Assembly (NCBI GenBank): GCA_964014485.1
Contig: CAXHAT010000112.1
Coordinates: 1 to 26,022 of the forward strand
Direction of reading: 5' to 3'
DNA from: an uncultured Deferribacteres bacterium
Lineage (GTDB): Bacteria; Zhuqueibacterota; Zhuqueibacteria; Zhuqueibacterales; Geothermadaptataceae
Length of the DNA stretch: 26,022 bases
Shown here: positions 16,779 to 24,900 of the stretch, piece after piece
Numbering within the stretch: position 1 is the first letter of the stretch
Layout of the letters: every line of letters starts with the position of its first letter
Notes under the pieces: generated by a model
Databases searched by the model: none
What the model saw: only the letters and a program-made list of their open reading frames with translations
Told to the model about the DNA's origin: nothing
Position numbers and translations under genes: made by a program

Positions 16779-17944
16779 CTTTTCACCCCCGCCATCCAAT
16801 TGCCCCACCACAACCCAAGCCGTGCTGAGACGACGGCCAAAAGCGCGGCTATGCCCAATCCGCGAATCAAAGTCATGCCGCTTTCGGCGCGCCAATGACG
16901 GTACCACCAATCGCCTGGGCGGTTAAAATAGCTGAACTCATGACCGGCAAAAAACCAGTTTCTCGCGTATTCCGTCAGCATAAAATTGCTGAAAAACCAT
17001 TGCACGACAAAGAAAACCGCCATGAAGGAAACGCCCAAAATAACGGACAATCGCCAGTCGCGGTTTGAACCGAACCTGCGTATCCAAAAATCGATAGCGA
17101 GCGCCGGGATAACCATGAGCATGGGAAACTTCGGCGGCACCATGTGATCGACCGGGTTATAAATCGGCGCTAACTTGGGTTCAGCGGAAAAAAGCGGGAG
17201 AATCCAGATCATCAGGCAGGAAATCGCCATGTAGCCCAGCGCCGCCGTGGTTGCCGGCCAGCGAAGAATTGAGGCCCGCGCCGTCGCGACCAACAATATT
17301 GTGTAAGCGCCCCCGGCGATCATGTAGAAACGCGTCTGGTGCATCTGCGCCGGTTGGCTGTATTCCATCGTCAATGTGGCCACGATGAGCACGAGAATAC
17401 CGCCGATGTAACCATAAATTCCAGCGTACACGTTTTTGAGTTTGCCCTCGTTTCGATTTTGCTCTGAAAGCACCAGCAAGAAAGCTCCGAGAACGAGCGC
17501 AATAATTCCCGCAGCCAGCAGCGTATGCGGCGGACTGATGATTTTGACGTCAAGGCCGTAAGCGTTGTGCCACCAATCGTCAAACGGCGCCGAGGTGAGC
17601 ATGGCAATGGCGCCCCAAATACTTAGCCATGCGCCGATTGGGCCGCGAAATCCCCAAAACCGAACAGAGGCGTTTTTTTCTTCAAGCGTGCCGCGAAAAG
17701 TGGTTTTCAGCACCAGCCAGCCGCCTGAGATTCCGCCAAGTACGCCGCCAAGATAAATGGCCATGTGCGCCGGCGTCCAGAAAGTGTCGCGACCAATGGT
17801 TCGATGCCACGAAATGTCCCAGATTACGCCGACGATGATACTCGTCGCGCCTAAGGCGACCGCATAGATAAACCAGGGGATTGCAGCAGCTCTTTCATGA
17901 ACCGTCGCTGTAGATTTCGCGGACGGGCGGATCGCGGATTCCAT
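16775..17944 (-). CDS. Polytopic membrane protein with two D-x3-H...H metal-site motifs (PmoC/AmoC-like)
   Basis: 389 aa with many hydrophobic helices. WDISWHRTIGRDTFWTPAH (D43/H47/H60) and FDDWWHNAYGLDVKIISPPH (D122/H126/H140). GGAGA RBS upstream. The CDS is secure; the family call is an inference. Confidence 0.85.
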   Translation of the reverse strand: MESAIRPSAKSTATVHERAAAIPWFIYAVALGATSIIVGVIWDISWHRTIGRDTFWTPAHMAIYLGGVLGGISGGWLVLKTTFRGTLEEKNASVRFWGFRGPIGAWLSIWGAIAMLTSAPFDDWWHNAYGLDVKIISPPHTLLAAGIIALVLGAFLLVLSEQNRNEGKLKNVYAGIYGYIGGILVLIVATLTMEYSQPAQMHQTRFYMIAGGAYTILLVATARASILRWPATTAALGYMAISCLMIWILPLFSAEPKLAPIYNPVDHMVPPKFPMLMVIPALAIDFWIRRFGSNRDWRLSVILGVSFMAVFFVVQWFFSNFMLTEYARNWFFAGHEFSYFNRPGDWWYRHWRAESGMTLIRGLGIAALLAVVSARLGLWWGNWMAGVKR

Positions 17945-18247
17945 CGCTTCTCCAATATGTTTTGAGTCAGGACGCCAATCAGTGAATACGAGTCAGTTTG
18001 TTAGTGAGAATACACGAAAAAATTTATATTCTCGCAACAGATTAATTCTTGAAAAAAGTTTTCCATTTAAGCGACAAGCTGGTCTATATATTGCTTGACA
18101 TTCCACCGAATTCGACTAACTTCAGGCATGAAACAAGATGTAAGCTTTCTCTCGAATTCAAAGATTTGAAATTGAGTTCAAAAATGCCTGCAAAAGTACA
18201 AAGTCGAGATTGTTTAACGATTCACAAAGCGTAAGAATAGCCCGCAA

Positions 18248-18667
18248 ATGAGACAACAAATTCGACTGATTACAATTCTGACGATACTCTGTTCGGTATC
18301 GATCACTTTTGCCGATCTCAATTTGAAAGAATTTTCCCTCGAGCCCGGATATAACAAAGTGACGGTCCGCTGGGAAGTGCAGGGTGAAGCGGATTTGAGA
18401 GGCTATGAATTACAGCGAGGGTTGACAGACCGGGATTTTTCCAAAGTCACTTTTGTGAAACCCAGCGAAGCCTCAGGCCCGTTAAAAAAATACGAATACG
18501 TCGACAAGTCTGTCTTTAAACAGAGCACGACCGGGCGTTCCTACTACTACCGCCTGAAAATGGTCAACACTGACGGCTCTGCTAAATTCTCAAAAGTTGA
18601 AAAAGTCATCCCCACCATTTCCAGCGCACGCCAAACCTGGGGCAGCATCAAGGCGATGTTTCGCTAA
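18248..18667 (+). CDS. Small secreted beta-sandwich (FN3-like) protein with C-terminal TWGxIK motif
   Basis: 139 aa. Signal peptide MRQQIRLITILTILCSVSITFA; VTVRWEV..GYELQR..YEYVD..YYYRLKMVNTDG pattern; ends ARQTWGSIKAMFR. Confidence 0.8.
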   Translation: MRQQIRLITILTILCSVSITFADLNLKEFSLEPGYNKVTVRWEVQGEADLRGYELQRGLTDRDFSKVTFVKPSEASGPLKKYEYVDKSVFKQSTTGRSYYYRLKMVNTDGSAKFSKVEKVIPTISSARQTWGSIKAMFR

Positions 18668-18706
18668 AATACCCTTCCTATTTTCAAACAATATTTCAAC
18701 TTCGGG

Positions 18707-18933
18707 ATTCACTACCTGACACTTTTTGTCTAAGCTTCTAAAACTGGCGAAAAAGGCCGGAATTGTCATGCTGAAAGCATCTTTTTTCATCCGTACCCTT
18801 GAACGTTTGAGCATGACCTGTAATGGGCGATAACAAAGATTTTGCTTCGCCGGCCTTTGGCTCTGCAGAATGACAAAACGGGACCTTTAGACGGCTCGAA
18901 AATGCAGTTCACAAAAAAGTGTCAGGTAGAGAG
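18707..18933. mobile_element. MITE-like element, family A copy 2 (inverted relative to copy 1)
   Basis: CTACCTGACACTTTTTG (18712-18728) ... AAAAAGTGTCAGGTAG (ending 18929). The interior matches the reverse complement of 14410-14613, with an extra ~20 nt in the internal GTCATTCTG hairpin. Confidence 0.85.
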
Positions 18934-19095
18934 CTTCGGAATCAAACGCTTCAGCGTTTGCAAAGACCGATCTTTCCTGACAAACGTCGAATAGCCATCG
19001 TACTTGGGTCAAGCGATTTTTCTTGCCCTTCCTTTTGAAAACAATTATTTCTTTCCTGCCTCTTTCCTTCACAAGAATCCAGGAGTCGTGATACA

Positions 19096-20217
19096 ATGAG
19101 TTCGAATCGTTTGAAACGCGAGGCTGCATTTATAGCCCAAATTACTTGCTTTGCCTTTTTGTGTTTGGGCCAATTAAATGCGCAATCTTTAGAAAAGCAT
19201 TATCCAAAAATGGCCGCCGAAATCGTGCGCGCGCTGCAGCCTTCTTCCGGCGAAAGAGCGATTCTTCGCTATGATCCGCAAACCCTTCCCGGCCTTGAAA
19301 AAGTCGTTCAAAAAGCGCTTAAGAAAGCCGGGGCGAAGGTTGCGCTCCTGCGCTACGATCCGGTCAGCGATTTTAAAAAACGGCTTGAAAACGCAGATAT
19401 TTACGTCTGGCTTCCCGCAGGCCCGACCGTGGCCAGGTCTGCTGAAGAAGGCGCGGCGCTGTTTGACTGGCTGATGAATCAAAACGGCAGGCAAGTGCAT
19501 TTTCACTGGGGCGACGGCACCCGCGGCCTTGACGGCGAAAACGGCGAGCACTCCACAGCTTACGATCAGGTTTATTTGGACGCGCTCAACATTGATTACC
19601 AGGCGCTCAACGCGCATCAGGAAAGGGTGATCGCCGCTCTGCGTCAGGGGCAAATCACGGTCACAACGCCGGAGGGAACACACCTGACTTTCGAAATCGG
19701 CGACCGACATGCGACGCGGCAAAACGGTGACGCTTCCAAAGCGCGAACTGACACAGAGCCAGTTCCTATCGGCAGGGAAATGGAACTCCCAGCGGGAGCC
19801 GTTAGAGTCGCGCCGATTGAAGAGACCGTGAGTGGCACACTCTTCATTCCTGAAGTTCGTTTTGGCGGCGAAGTCGTCCGGGAATTGGAGTTGCGTTTTT
19901 CGGAAGGGCAAATCGACCGTTTCTCCGCCGAAGAAGGCGAGGAAGCGTTCCGTCAAGCGTTAGAAGCCATGCCCGCGCTCAAATATTTTCGTGAAATCGG
20001 GATCGGCTTCAATCCAAAGCTTGTCACGCCGTCGGGAGAAAAGTGGGTCGCTTACTACGGCTATGGTACTGGAATCGTCCGGCTGGCGCTTGGGAACAAT
20101 GAAGAAATTGGCGGCGAAGTGCGTGGAAATGGCGTCCGTTGGCTGTTTTTCCGTAACGTCTCAATCAGCATTGGTGAAACCGAAGTCATGAAAGACGGAG
20201 AATTCGTTCTCAAGTAA
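19096..20217 (+). CDS. Secreted peptidase M29 (aminopeptidase T-like) fold protein, metal ligands apparently degenerate
   Basis: 373 aa with a signal-peptide-like N-terminus. ITVTTPEGTHLTF, ELPAGAVRVAP, LRFSEGQI, REIGIGFNP, LALGNN follow the M29 pattern. Confidence 0.75.
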   Translation: MSSNRLKREAAFIAQITCFAFLCLGQLNAQSLEKHYPKMAAEIVRALQPSSGERAILRYDPQTLPGLEKVVQKALKKAGAKVALLRYDPVSDFKKRLENADIYVWLPAGPTVARSAEEGAALFDWLMNQNGRQVHFHWGDGTRGLDGENGEHSTAYDQVYLDALNIDYQALNAHQERVIAALRQGQITVTTPEGTHLTFEIGDRHATRQNGDASKARTDTEPVPIGREMELPAGAVRVAPIEETVSGTLFIPEVRFGGEVVRELELRFSEGQIDRFSAEEGEEAFRQALEAMPALKYFREIGIGFNPKLVTPSGEKWVAYYGYGTGIVRLALGNNEEIGGEVRGNGVRWLFFRNVSISIGETEVMKDGEFVLK

Positions 20218-20237
20218 AATTCAGTAAGAACCAGTAG

Positions 20238-20424
20238 TTTTTTTGACCGGATTAACGAGATCGACTGGATTTTATCGCATTTCTTTCTCCAGTCAATCAA
20301 AACAAGAAGCCAAGTCGAAGACATTCATGGTTTTCGTGATCACGGAATCGCCGGTCTCACGATGTCTAACATTTGTTTGAAGTGCTGGTTCATCCTGTTA
20401 ATCTTGTTGATCCAGTCAAAAAAA
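20238..20424. repeat. Inverted repeat element with 9-nt periodic arms (long copy, ~120 bp spacer)
   Basis: TTTTTTTGACCGGATTAACGAGATCGACTGGAT (20238-20270) ... ATCCTGTTAATCTTGTTGATCCAGTCAAAAAAA (20392-20424). Same family as 3300-3378. Confidence 0.8.
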
Positions 20425-20470
20425 GAGCAGCCGCACATAGTATTCAACATAGAAGAATTCAGGATTTTCA

Positions 20471-20986
20471 ATGAACCCAATGAAGTGGACGAGCCGGGCT
20501 TTTGAATTCACTTTGCAGGAAGGCGTTTATCCGTGCGTCGTCGAAAGGCTGCGCGGCGCGCCGGTGCGAATCGAAGAATTGACGGCAAACGTTCCACATG
20601 AACTTTTAACAAAACGGGACGGCGAACGCTGGTCGTTTCAGGAGCATATCGGTCATCTGCTTGACCTCGACGACCTGCACGAGCGAAGACTTGATGAGTT
20701 CCTACAAAACGCCGAAAAATTGAGCCCGGCGGACATGACAAATCGTAAAACCTGGCAAGCCCATCATAACCAAACGGAGATCGCCGCACTGCTGGAGGCG
20801 TTTCGCGAAAACCGCCTGCGTTTTGTCGCACGCCTTGAAGCGGTTTCCGAAGAGGTTGTCGGCAGAACGGCGCAGCATCCTCGCCTTAAGCAGCCAATGC
20901 GCTTGATTGACATGGTTTACTTTACCGCCGAGCACGACGATCACCATATTGCGTTGATGCGAGCTATTCTTAACACTGTCTCTTAA
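20471..20986 (+). CDS. DinB/YfiT superfamily protein (putative metal-dependent thiol transferase)
   Basis: 171 aa. WSFQEHIGHLLD and EHDDHH supply the three-His DinB metal site. Confidence 0.9.
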   Translation: MNPMKWTSRAFEFTLQEGVYPCVVERLRGAPVRIEELTANVPHELLTKRDGERWSFQEHIGHLLDLDDLHERRLDEFLQNAEKLSPADMTNRKTWQAHHNQTEIAALLEAFRENRLRFVARLEAVSEEVVGRTAQHPRLKQPMRLIDMVYFTAEHDDHHIALMRAILNTVS

Positions 20987-21015
20987 TTCTCAAAACGCTT
21001 TTTTACTTTTCCATC

Positions 21016-22395
21016 ATGATCGATACAAATCACAAAATCGTCCCTGAAAACCTACGACCGGCATTAGAAAATTTCTGGCGGTTGTCAGGCGAAAAAATCA
21101 TCGCAATTGAGCGCGAATTCGATGCTTCGCAAGGTGCGCCCGTCTACACGGTAAAAGGAAAATATACCACGCGCGGCTGGACGGAATGGACGCAAGGCTT
21201 CCAATACGGCGCCGCGTTGCTGCAATTCGACGCCACTGGCGACGAAAACTTTCTCCGAATCGGCCTCGAAAAAACGCTCGAACGCATGGCGGGGCACGTT
21301 ACGCACACCGGCGTGCATGACCACGGCTTTAATAACGTCAGCACCTACGGCAACCTGCTGCGCTTGATGAACGAAGGGCGGATTCCGGAAGACCGATGGC
21401 AACGAGCCTTTTTAGAAATGGCGCTAAAATGCTCAGGCGCGGTGCAAGCCGACCGCTGGACGCAGCTTCAGGACGGTCTAGGCTATATTTACTCTTTCAA
21501 CGGCCCCCACTCTCTCTTCGCGGATACGATGCGCACCTTGCGCGCGCTCGCCGTCGCTCACCAGCTCAACCATGTTCTGATGGGCGAAAACGATGCGCGA
21601 ATTTCTCTTCTTGGCAGGCTCATCGCTCACGCTAGAACGACCGCAAAGTATATTGTCTTTTTTGGCGAAGGGCGAGACGGCTACGATACGCGCGGCCGCG
21701 TCGTTCACGAATGCATTTTCAATTTGAACGACGGCAATTTTCGGAATCCTAGTACACAACAGGGCTACACGCCGTTTTCAACCTGGACGCGCGGGTTGGC
21801 GTGGGTGATGTGCGGCTTCGCGGAGCAATTGGAATTCCTGGAAACGCTGGACGATGAAGGCTTTTTAGAATTTGGCGGGAAGGAAATCGTCACCGAAACA
21901 ATGCTGGAAGCGGCGCGTGCTACCTGCGATTTTTACATTCAAAACACGCCGAGCTGCGGTGTGCCGTATTGGGACACAGGCGCGCCAAATCTCGATAAAA
22001 TCGAAAATTATTTAGAAAAGCCTGCCGATCCGTTTAATCGGTACGAACCTGTAGACAGCTCCGCCGCCGCGATTGCCGCGCAGGGACTTTTGCGACTCGG
22101 CAAATATCTTGGAGACTCTGACGGCGCTCAATACACAAACGCGGGACTCAGAATTATGCAGACTTTGCTCAGCGCACCGTACTTGAGCGCCGCGCCTGAG
22201 CATCAAGGCTTGATTTTGCACTCCGTTTATCACTGGCCAAATCGGTGGGATTACGTTCCGGCAGGGCAAGAAATCGCGTGCGGCGAATCAACGATGTGGG
22301 GCGATTACCATGCACGCGAATTAGTTCTTTACATGCAGAGAATCATCGAGTGGAAACCATACCACACCTTTTTCTCTTCTCCAACACAAGCTTAA
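21016..22395 (+). CDS. Glycoside hydrolase family 88-like protein (unsaturated glucuronyl hydrolase fold)
   Basis: 459 aa. WTQGFQYG, HDHGF, FADTM, QGY...STWTRGLAW, VPYWD, DSSAAAIAAQGL, WGDYH match GH88 motifs. No signal peptide. Confidence 0.85.
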   Translation: MIDTNHKIVPENLRPALENFWRLSGEKIIAIEREFDASQGAPVYTVKGKYTTRGWTEWTQGFQYGAALLQFDATGDENFLRIGLEKTLERMAGHVTHTGVHDHGFNNVSTYGNLLRLMNEGRIPEDRWQRAFLEMALKCSGAVQADRWTQLQDGLGYIYSFNGPHSLFADTMRTLRALAVAHQLNHVLMGENDARISLLGRLIAHARTTAKYIVFFGEGRDGYDTRGRVVHECIFNLNDGNFRNPSTQQGYTPFSTWTRGLAWVMCGFAEQLEFLETLDDEGFLEFGGKEIVTETMLEAARATCDFYIQNTPSCGVPYWDTGAPNLDKIENYLEKPADPFNRYEPVDSSAAAIAAQGLLRLGKYLGDSDGAQYTNAGLRIMQTLLSAPYLSAAPEHQGLILHSVYHWPNRWDYVPAGQEIACGESTMWGDYHARELVLYMQRIIEWKPYHTFFSSPTQA

Positions 22396-22457
22396 CAGCT
22401 TGATTCCAGAATGAGGCCGGACGCTCAATTCTCCCGAAAAATGTCTCGCGATCCGGC

Positions 22458-24482
22458 TTATGCGCTCAAGACGCGCCGCGCTTCCGCAATGACATTTTCA
22501 ACGGTAAAACCAAATTCCGGCATTAAATCTTTAGTTGGCGCCGATTCGCCAAACCGATCTACGGCGATAATTCCCATCTCGTTCGAACGCCCGGTAAATC
22601 TATGCCAGCCTTGTGAAGCGCCAGCCTCGACGACGACGCGCGCTGTGACGGATTCCGGCAAAACGTTCTCAATATATTCCGCGTCTTGCCGCAGAAATTC
22701 TTCGACGCACGGCATGCTCACCACCCTCGCCTGAACGCCTTCGTTTTTCAACGTTTCGAAAGCGCCGAGACAGAGCTGCACTTCCGATCCCGTTCCAATC
22801 AAAATCACATCCGGGGCGTTATCGCAATCGGCAAGGACGTATCCGCCGCGCCTGAGTCCCTCAGCGGAGGCGTATCGGGTGCGGTCAAATGTTGGGACGT
22901 TTTGCCGCGTCAGCATAAGCGCGACGGGCCGATCAGTGACTTGCATCGTGTATCTCCACGCTTCGGCAGCCTCGTTTGCGTCCGCCGGACGGACAACGTC
23001 CAAATTCGGCATAGCGCGCAAGGCGGCAAGATGCTCGACCGGCTGATGCGTCGGCCCGTCTTCACCGAGAAAAATGCTGTCGTGGGTAAAAACGTAAATG
23101 GTCGGCAAGTTCATCAACGCAGCCAGTCGAATTGACGGACGCATGTAATCGGCAAATTGCAGGAACGTCGCCGCGTAGGGTCGCATTTTGCTCAAAGCCA
23201 TGCCGTTCAGGATCGCGCCCATCGCGTGTTCGCGAATGCCGAAGTGCAGGTTTCGCCCGTCGTAAACGTCTTTTTGAAAGCTCTCGGCCCCATCGATCAG
23301 CGTCTTGGTTGACGGAGCCAAATCCGCTGAACCGCCCATAAGCCAGGGAACATGTTTCGCGACGGCGTTCAGCGCTTTGCCGCCTGTTGCGCGGCTGGCG
23401 GCGCCCTTTTTATCAGCGGAAAAAGTCGGCATGTCAGCGTCCCACCCTTCCGGCAATTTGGCCCCTTGTAACATTTGAAATTGTTCTGCGAGCTCAGGAT
23501 GCGCGTCAGCGTACGCCTGGAATTTATCTTGCCAGCCGGACTCCGTCTTGGCTCCACGCTCCAGCGCCGATTTTTGGTACGCCTTCACAACTTCAGGCAC
23601 GTGAAAATGCTGTTCCGGGTCCCAGCCGTACGCTCTCTTGGTCGCTTTAACTTCTTCTTCGCCCAACGGTTCGCCGTGCGCTCCCGCTGTGTCCTGCTTT
23701 TTGGGACTGCCCCAACCGATGTGACTCTCCGCGACAATCAATGACGGCTTGCCTTTGAAATCGATGGCGCTTTGCATCAATTCCGAAAAGCCGTCTGTGT
23801 CATTAGCGTCTTTCAAACGAAGCACATTCCAATCCAGCGCTTCAAAACGCGCTGCGACGTCTTCGCTAAACGCGAGATCCGTGCCGCCTTCAATCGTGAT
23901 GCGATTGCTGTCATAAATCCAAATCAAATTGTCCAGACCAAGATGCCCGGCCAGAGAAGCCGCTTCATTGGAAACGCCTTCCATCATACAGCCGTCGCTG
24001 GCAATGGCGAAAATATTGTAGTTGATAATTTCGTGTCCGGGGCGGTTAAAATAGGCGGCCAGCCATTTTTCGGCAATCGCCATCCCGACGCTGTTTCCCA
24101 CGCCTTGTCCCAGAGGGCCCGTGGTCGTTTCCACGCCGGGTGCAAGTCCGAATTCCGGGTGGCCGGCGCAAATGCCGTGCAATTGCCGAAAATTCTTGAT
24201 TTGATCCAGCGAAATATCATAGCCGCACACATGCAAAGCGCCATAAAGCAACATCGACGCGTGACCGGCGGAAAGCACGAAGCGATCACGATTCGGCCAG
24301 TCGGGGTTGGCCGGATTGTGGCTCATGAACCGGTCATACAATGTAAACGCGATCGGGGCCAAAGCCATCGGCGCGCCGGGATGGCCGGAATTCGCGCGCT
24401 GAATCGCATCTATTGAAAGCGTTCGTATCGTATCGATGCAAGTCTGCTCTTGCGCCTTTTTATCAGAATGTTGTGCGGTCAA
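22458..24482 (-). CDS. tkt: Transketolase
   Basis: 674 aa. SGHPGAPM, RDRFVLSAGHASMLLY, GHPE, TTGPLGQG, SDGCMMEG, FGIREHAM, THDSIFLGEDGPTHQP. TTG start after AAGGAG. Confidence 0.98.
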   Translation of the reverse strand: MTAQHSDKKAQEQTCIDTIRTLSIDAIQRANSGHPGAPMALAPIAFTLYDRFMSHNPANPDWPNRDRFVLSAGHASMLLYGALHVCGYDISLDQIKNFRQLHGICAGHPEFGLAPGVETTTGPLGQGVGNSVGMAIAEKWLAAYFNRPGHEIINYNIFAIASDGCMMEGVSNEAASLAGHLGLDNLIWIYDSNRITIEGGTDLAFSEDVAARFEALDWNVLRLKDANDTDGFSELMQSAIDFKGKPSLIVAESHIGWGSPKKQDTAGAHGEPLGEEEVKATKRAYGWDPEQHFHVPEVVKAYQKSALERGAKTESGWQDKFQAYADAHPELAEQFQMLQGAKLPEGWDADMPTFSADKKGAASRATGGKALNAVAKHVPWLMGGSADLAPSTKTLIDGAESFQKDVYDGRNLHFGIREHAMGAILNGMALSKMRPYAATFLQFADYMRPSIRLAALMNLPTIYVFTHDSIFLGEDGPTHQPVEHLAALRAMPNLDVVRPADANEAAEAWRYTMQVTDRPVALMLTRQNVPTFDRTRYASAEGLRRGGYVLADCDNAPDVILIGTGSEVQLCLGAFETLKNEGVQARVVSMPCVEEFLRQDAEYIENVLPESVTARVVVEAGASQGWHRFTGRSNEMGIIAVDRFGESAPTKDLMPEFGFTVENVIAEARRVLSA

Positions 24483-24585
24483 AATGTTTCTCCTTTGTTT
24501 CCTGGTATAACTTCACGGCAATGAAAAGCCTATCTTAAAAAAATCATTCTGCAATCAAATGAAATCCGGCCAAATGCAATTACTG

Positions 24586-24900
24586 ACTGATGTTACGCGC
24601 CAGCTATGAAACCAGAGAAACTTCTGTTAAAGTCATTCCCGCGCAGGCGGAAATCCAGTCAATCGCGCACTGCCCCTGGATTCCCGCCTGCCAGGCTGTT
24701 GCAGAATAGAAAATTTCTCAATCGCGGCCTTAATTTGTGAAGCGAATGAGCGATATAGTTGCACGTGGGAAGCTCGCTGTAGCTTTGTCGCGAATTTTAT
24801 TAGGCGTGATCTTATGGAAAATCTATTCTGCAACAGCCTGCTGCGCGGGAATGACGTAAAAGCGCCGTTTCGGAAATTTCCAAGAGTGCGTAACATCAGT
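24586..24900. mobile_element. Outer MITE-like element (TIR ACTGATGTTACGC) containing a REP-like doublet
   Basis: ACTGATGTTACGC (24586-24598) / GCGTAACATCAGT (24888-24900), flanked by TACTG on both sides (24581-24585, 24901-24905). Internal GTCATTCCCGCGCAGGCGGAAATCCAG (24632-24658) and its interrupted inverse (24676-24691 + 24845-24855). Confidence 0.75.
24692..24840. mobile_element. 149-bp MITE with perfect 19-bp TIRs and a 4-bp target duplication
   Basis: CAGGCTGTTGCAGAATAGA (24692-24710) / TCTATTCTGCAACAGCCTG (24822-24840). CTGC is duplicated at 24688-24691 and 24841-24844; removing the insert restores CTGGATTCCCGCCTGCGCGGGAATGAC. Confidence 0.88.

Noticed and set aside
16779..16910. 44-codon N-terminal extension of the copper-binding protein
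   Set aside because: It lies within the upstream gene in another frame; the ATGA coupling and signal peptide support 16778 as the start.
16775..17944. Calling this a bona fide pmo/amo operon (methane or ammonia oxidation)
   Set aside because: There is no separate pmoA, no DWDFWxDWKD signature, no HGE...HxH PmoB signature, and no supporting pathway genes in the window. Only remote relatedness is proposed.
20471..22395. DinB + GH88 as a dedicated novel pathway
   Set aside because: The genes are close and co-oriented, but nothing in the sequence links their functions; this would need neighbourhood conservation data.
22411..24416. Plus-strand ORFs opposite tkt, and similar antisense ORFs opposite ggt, the ABC permease, PLD and the M29-like gene
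   Set aside because: They are shadow ORFs expected from codon bias in GC-rich genes and carry no independent motifs.
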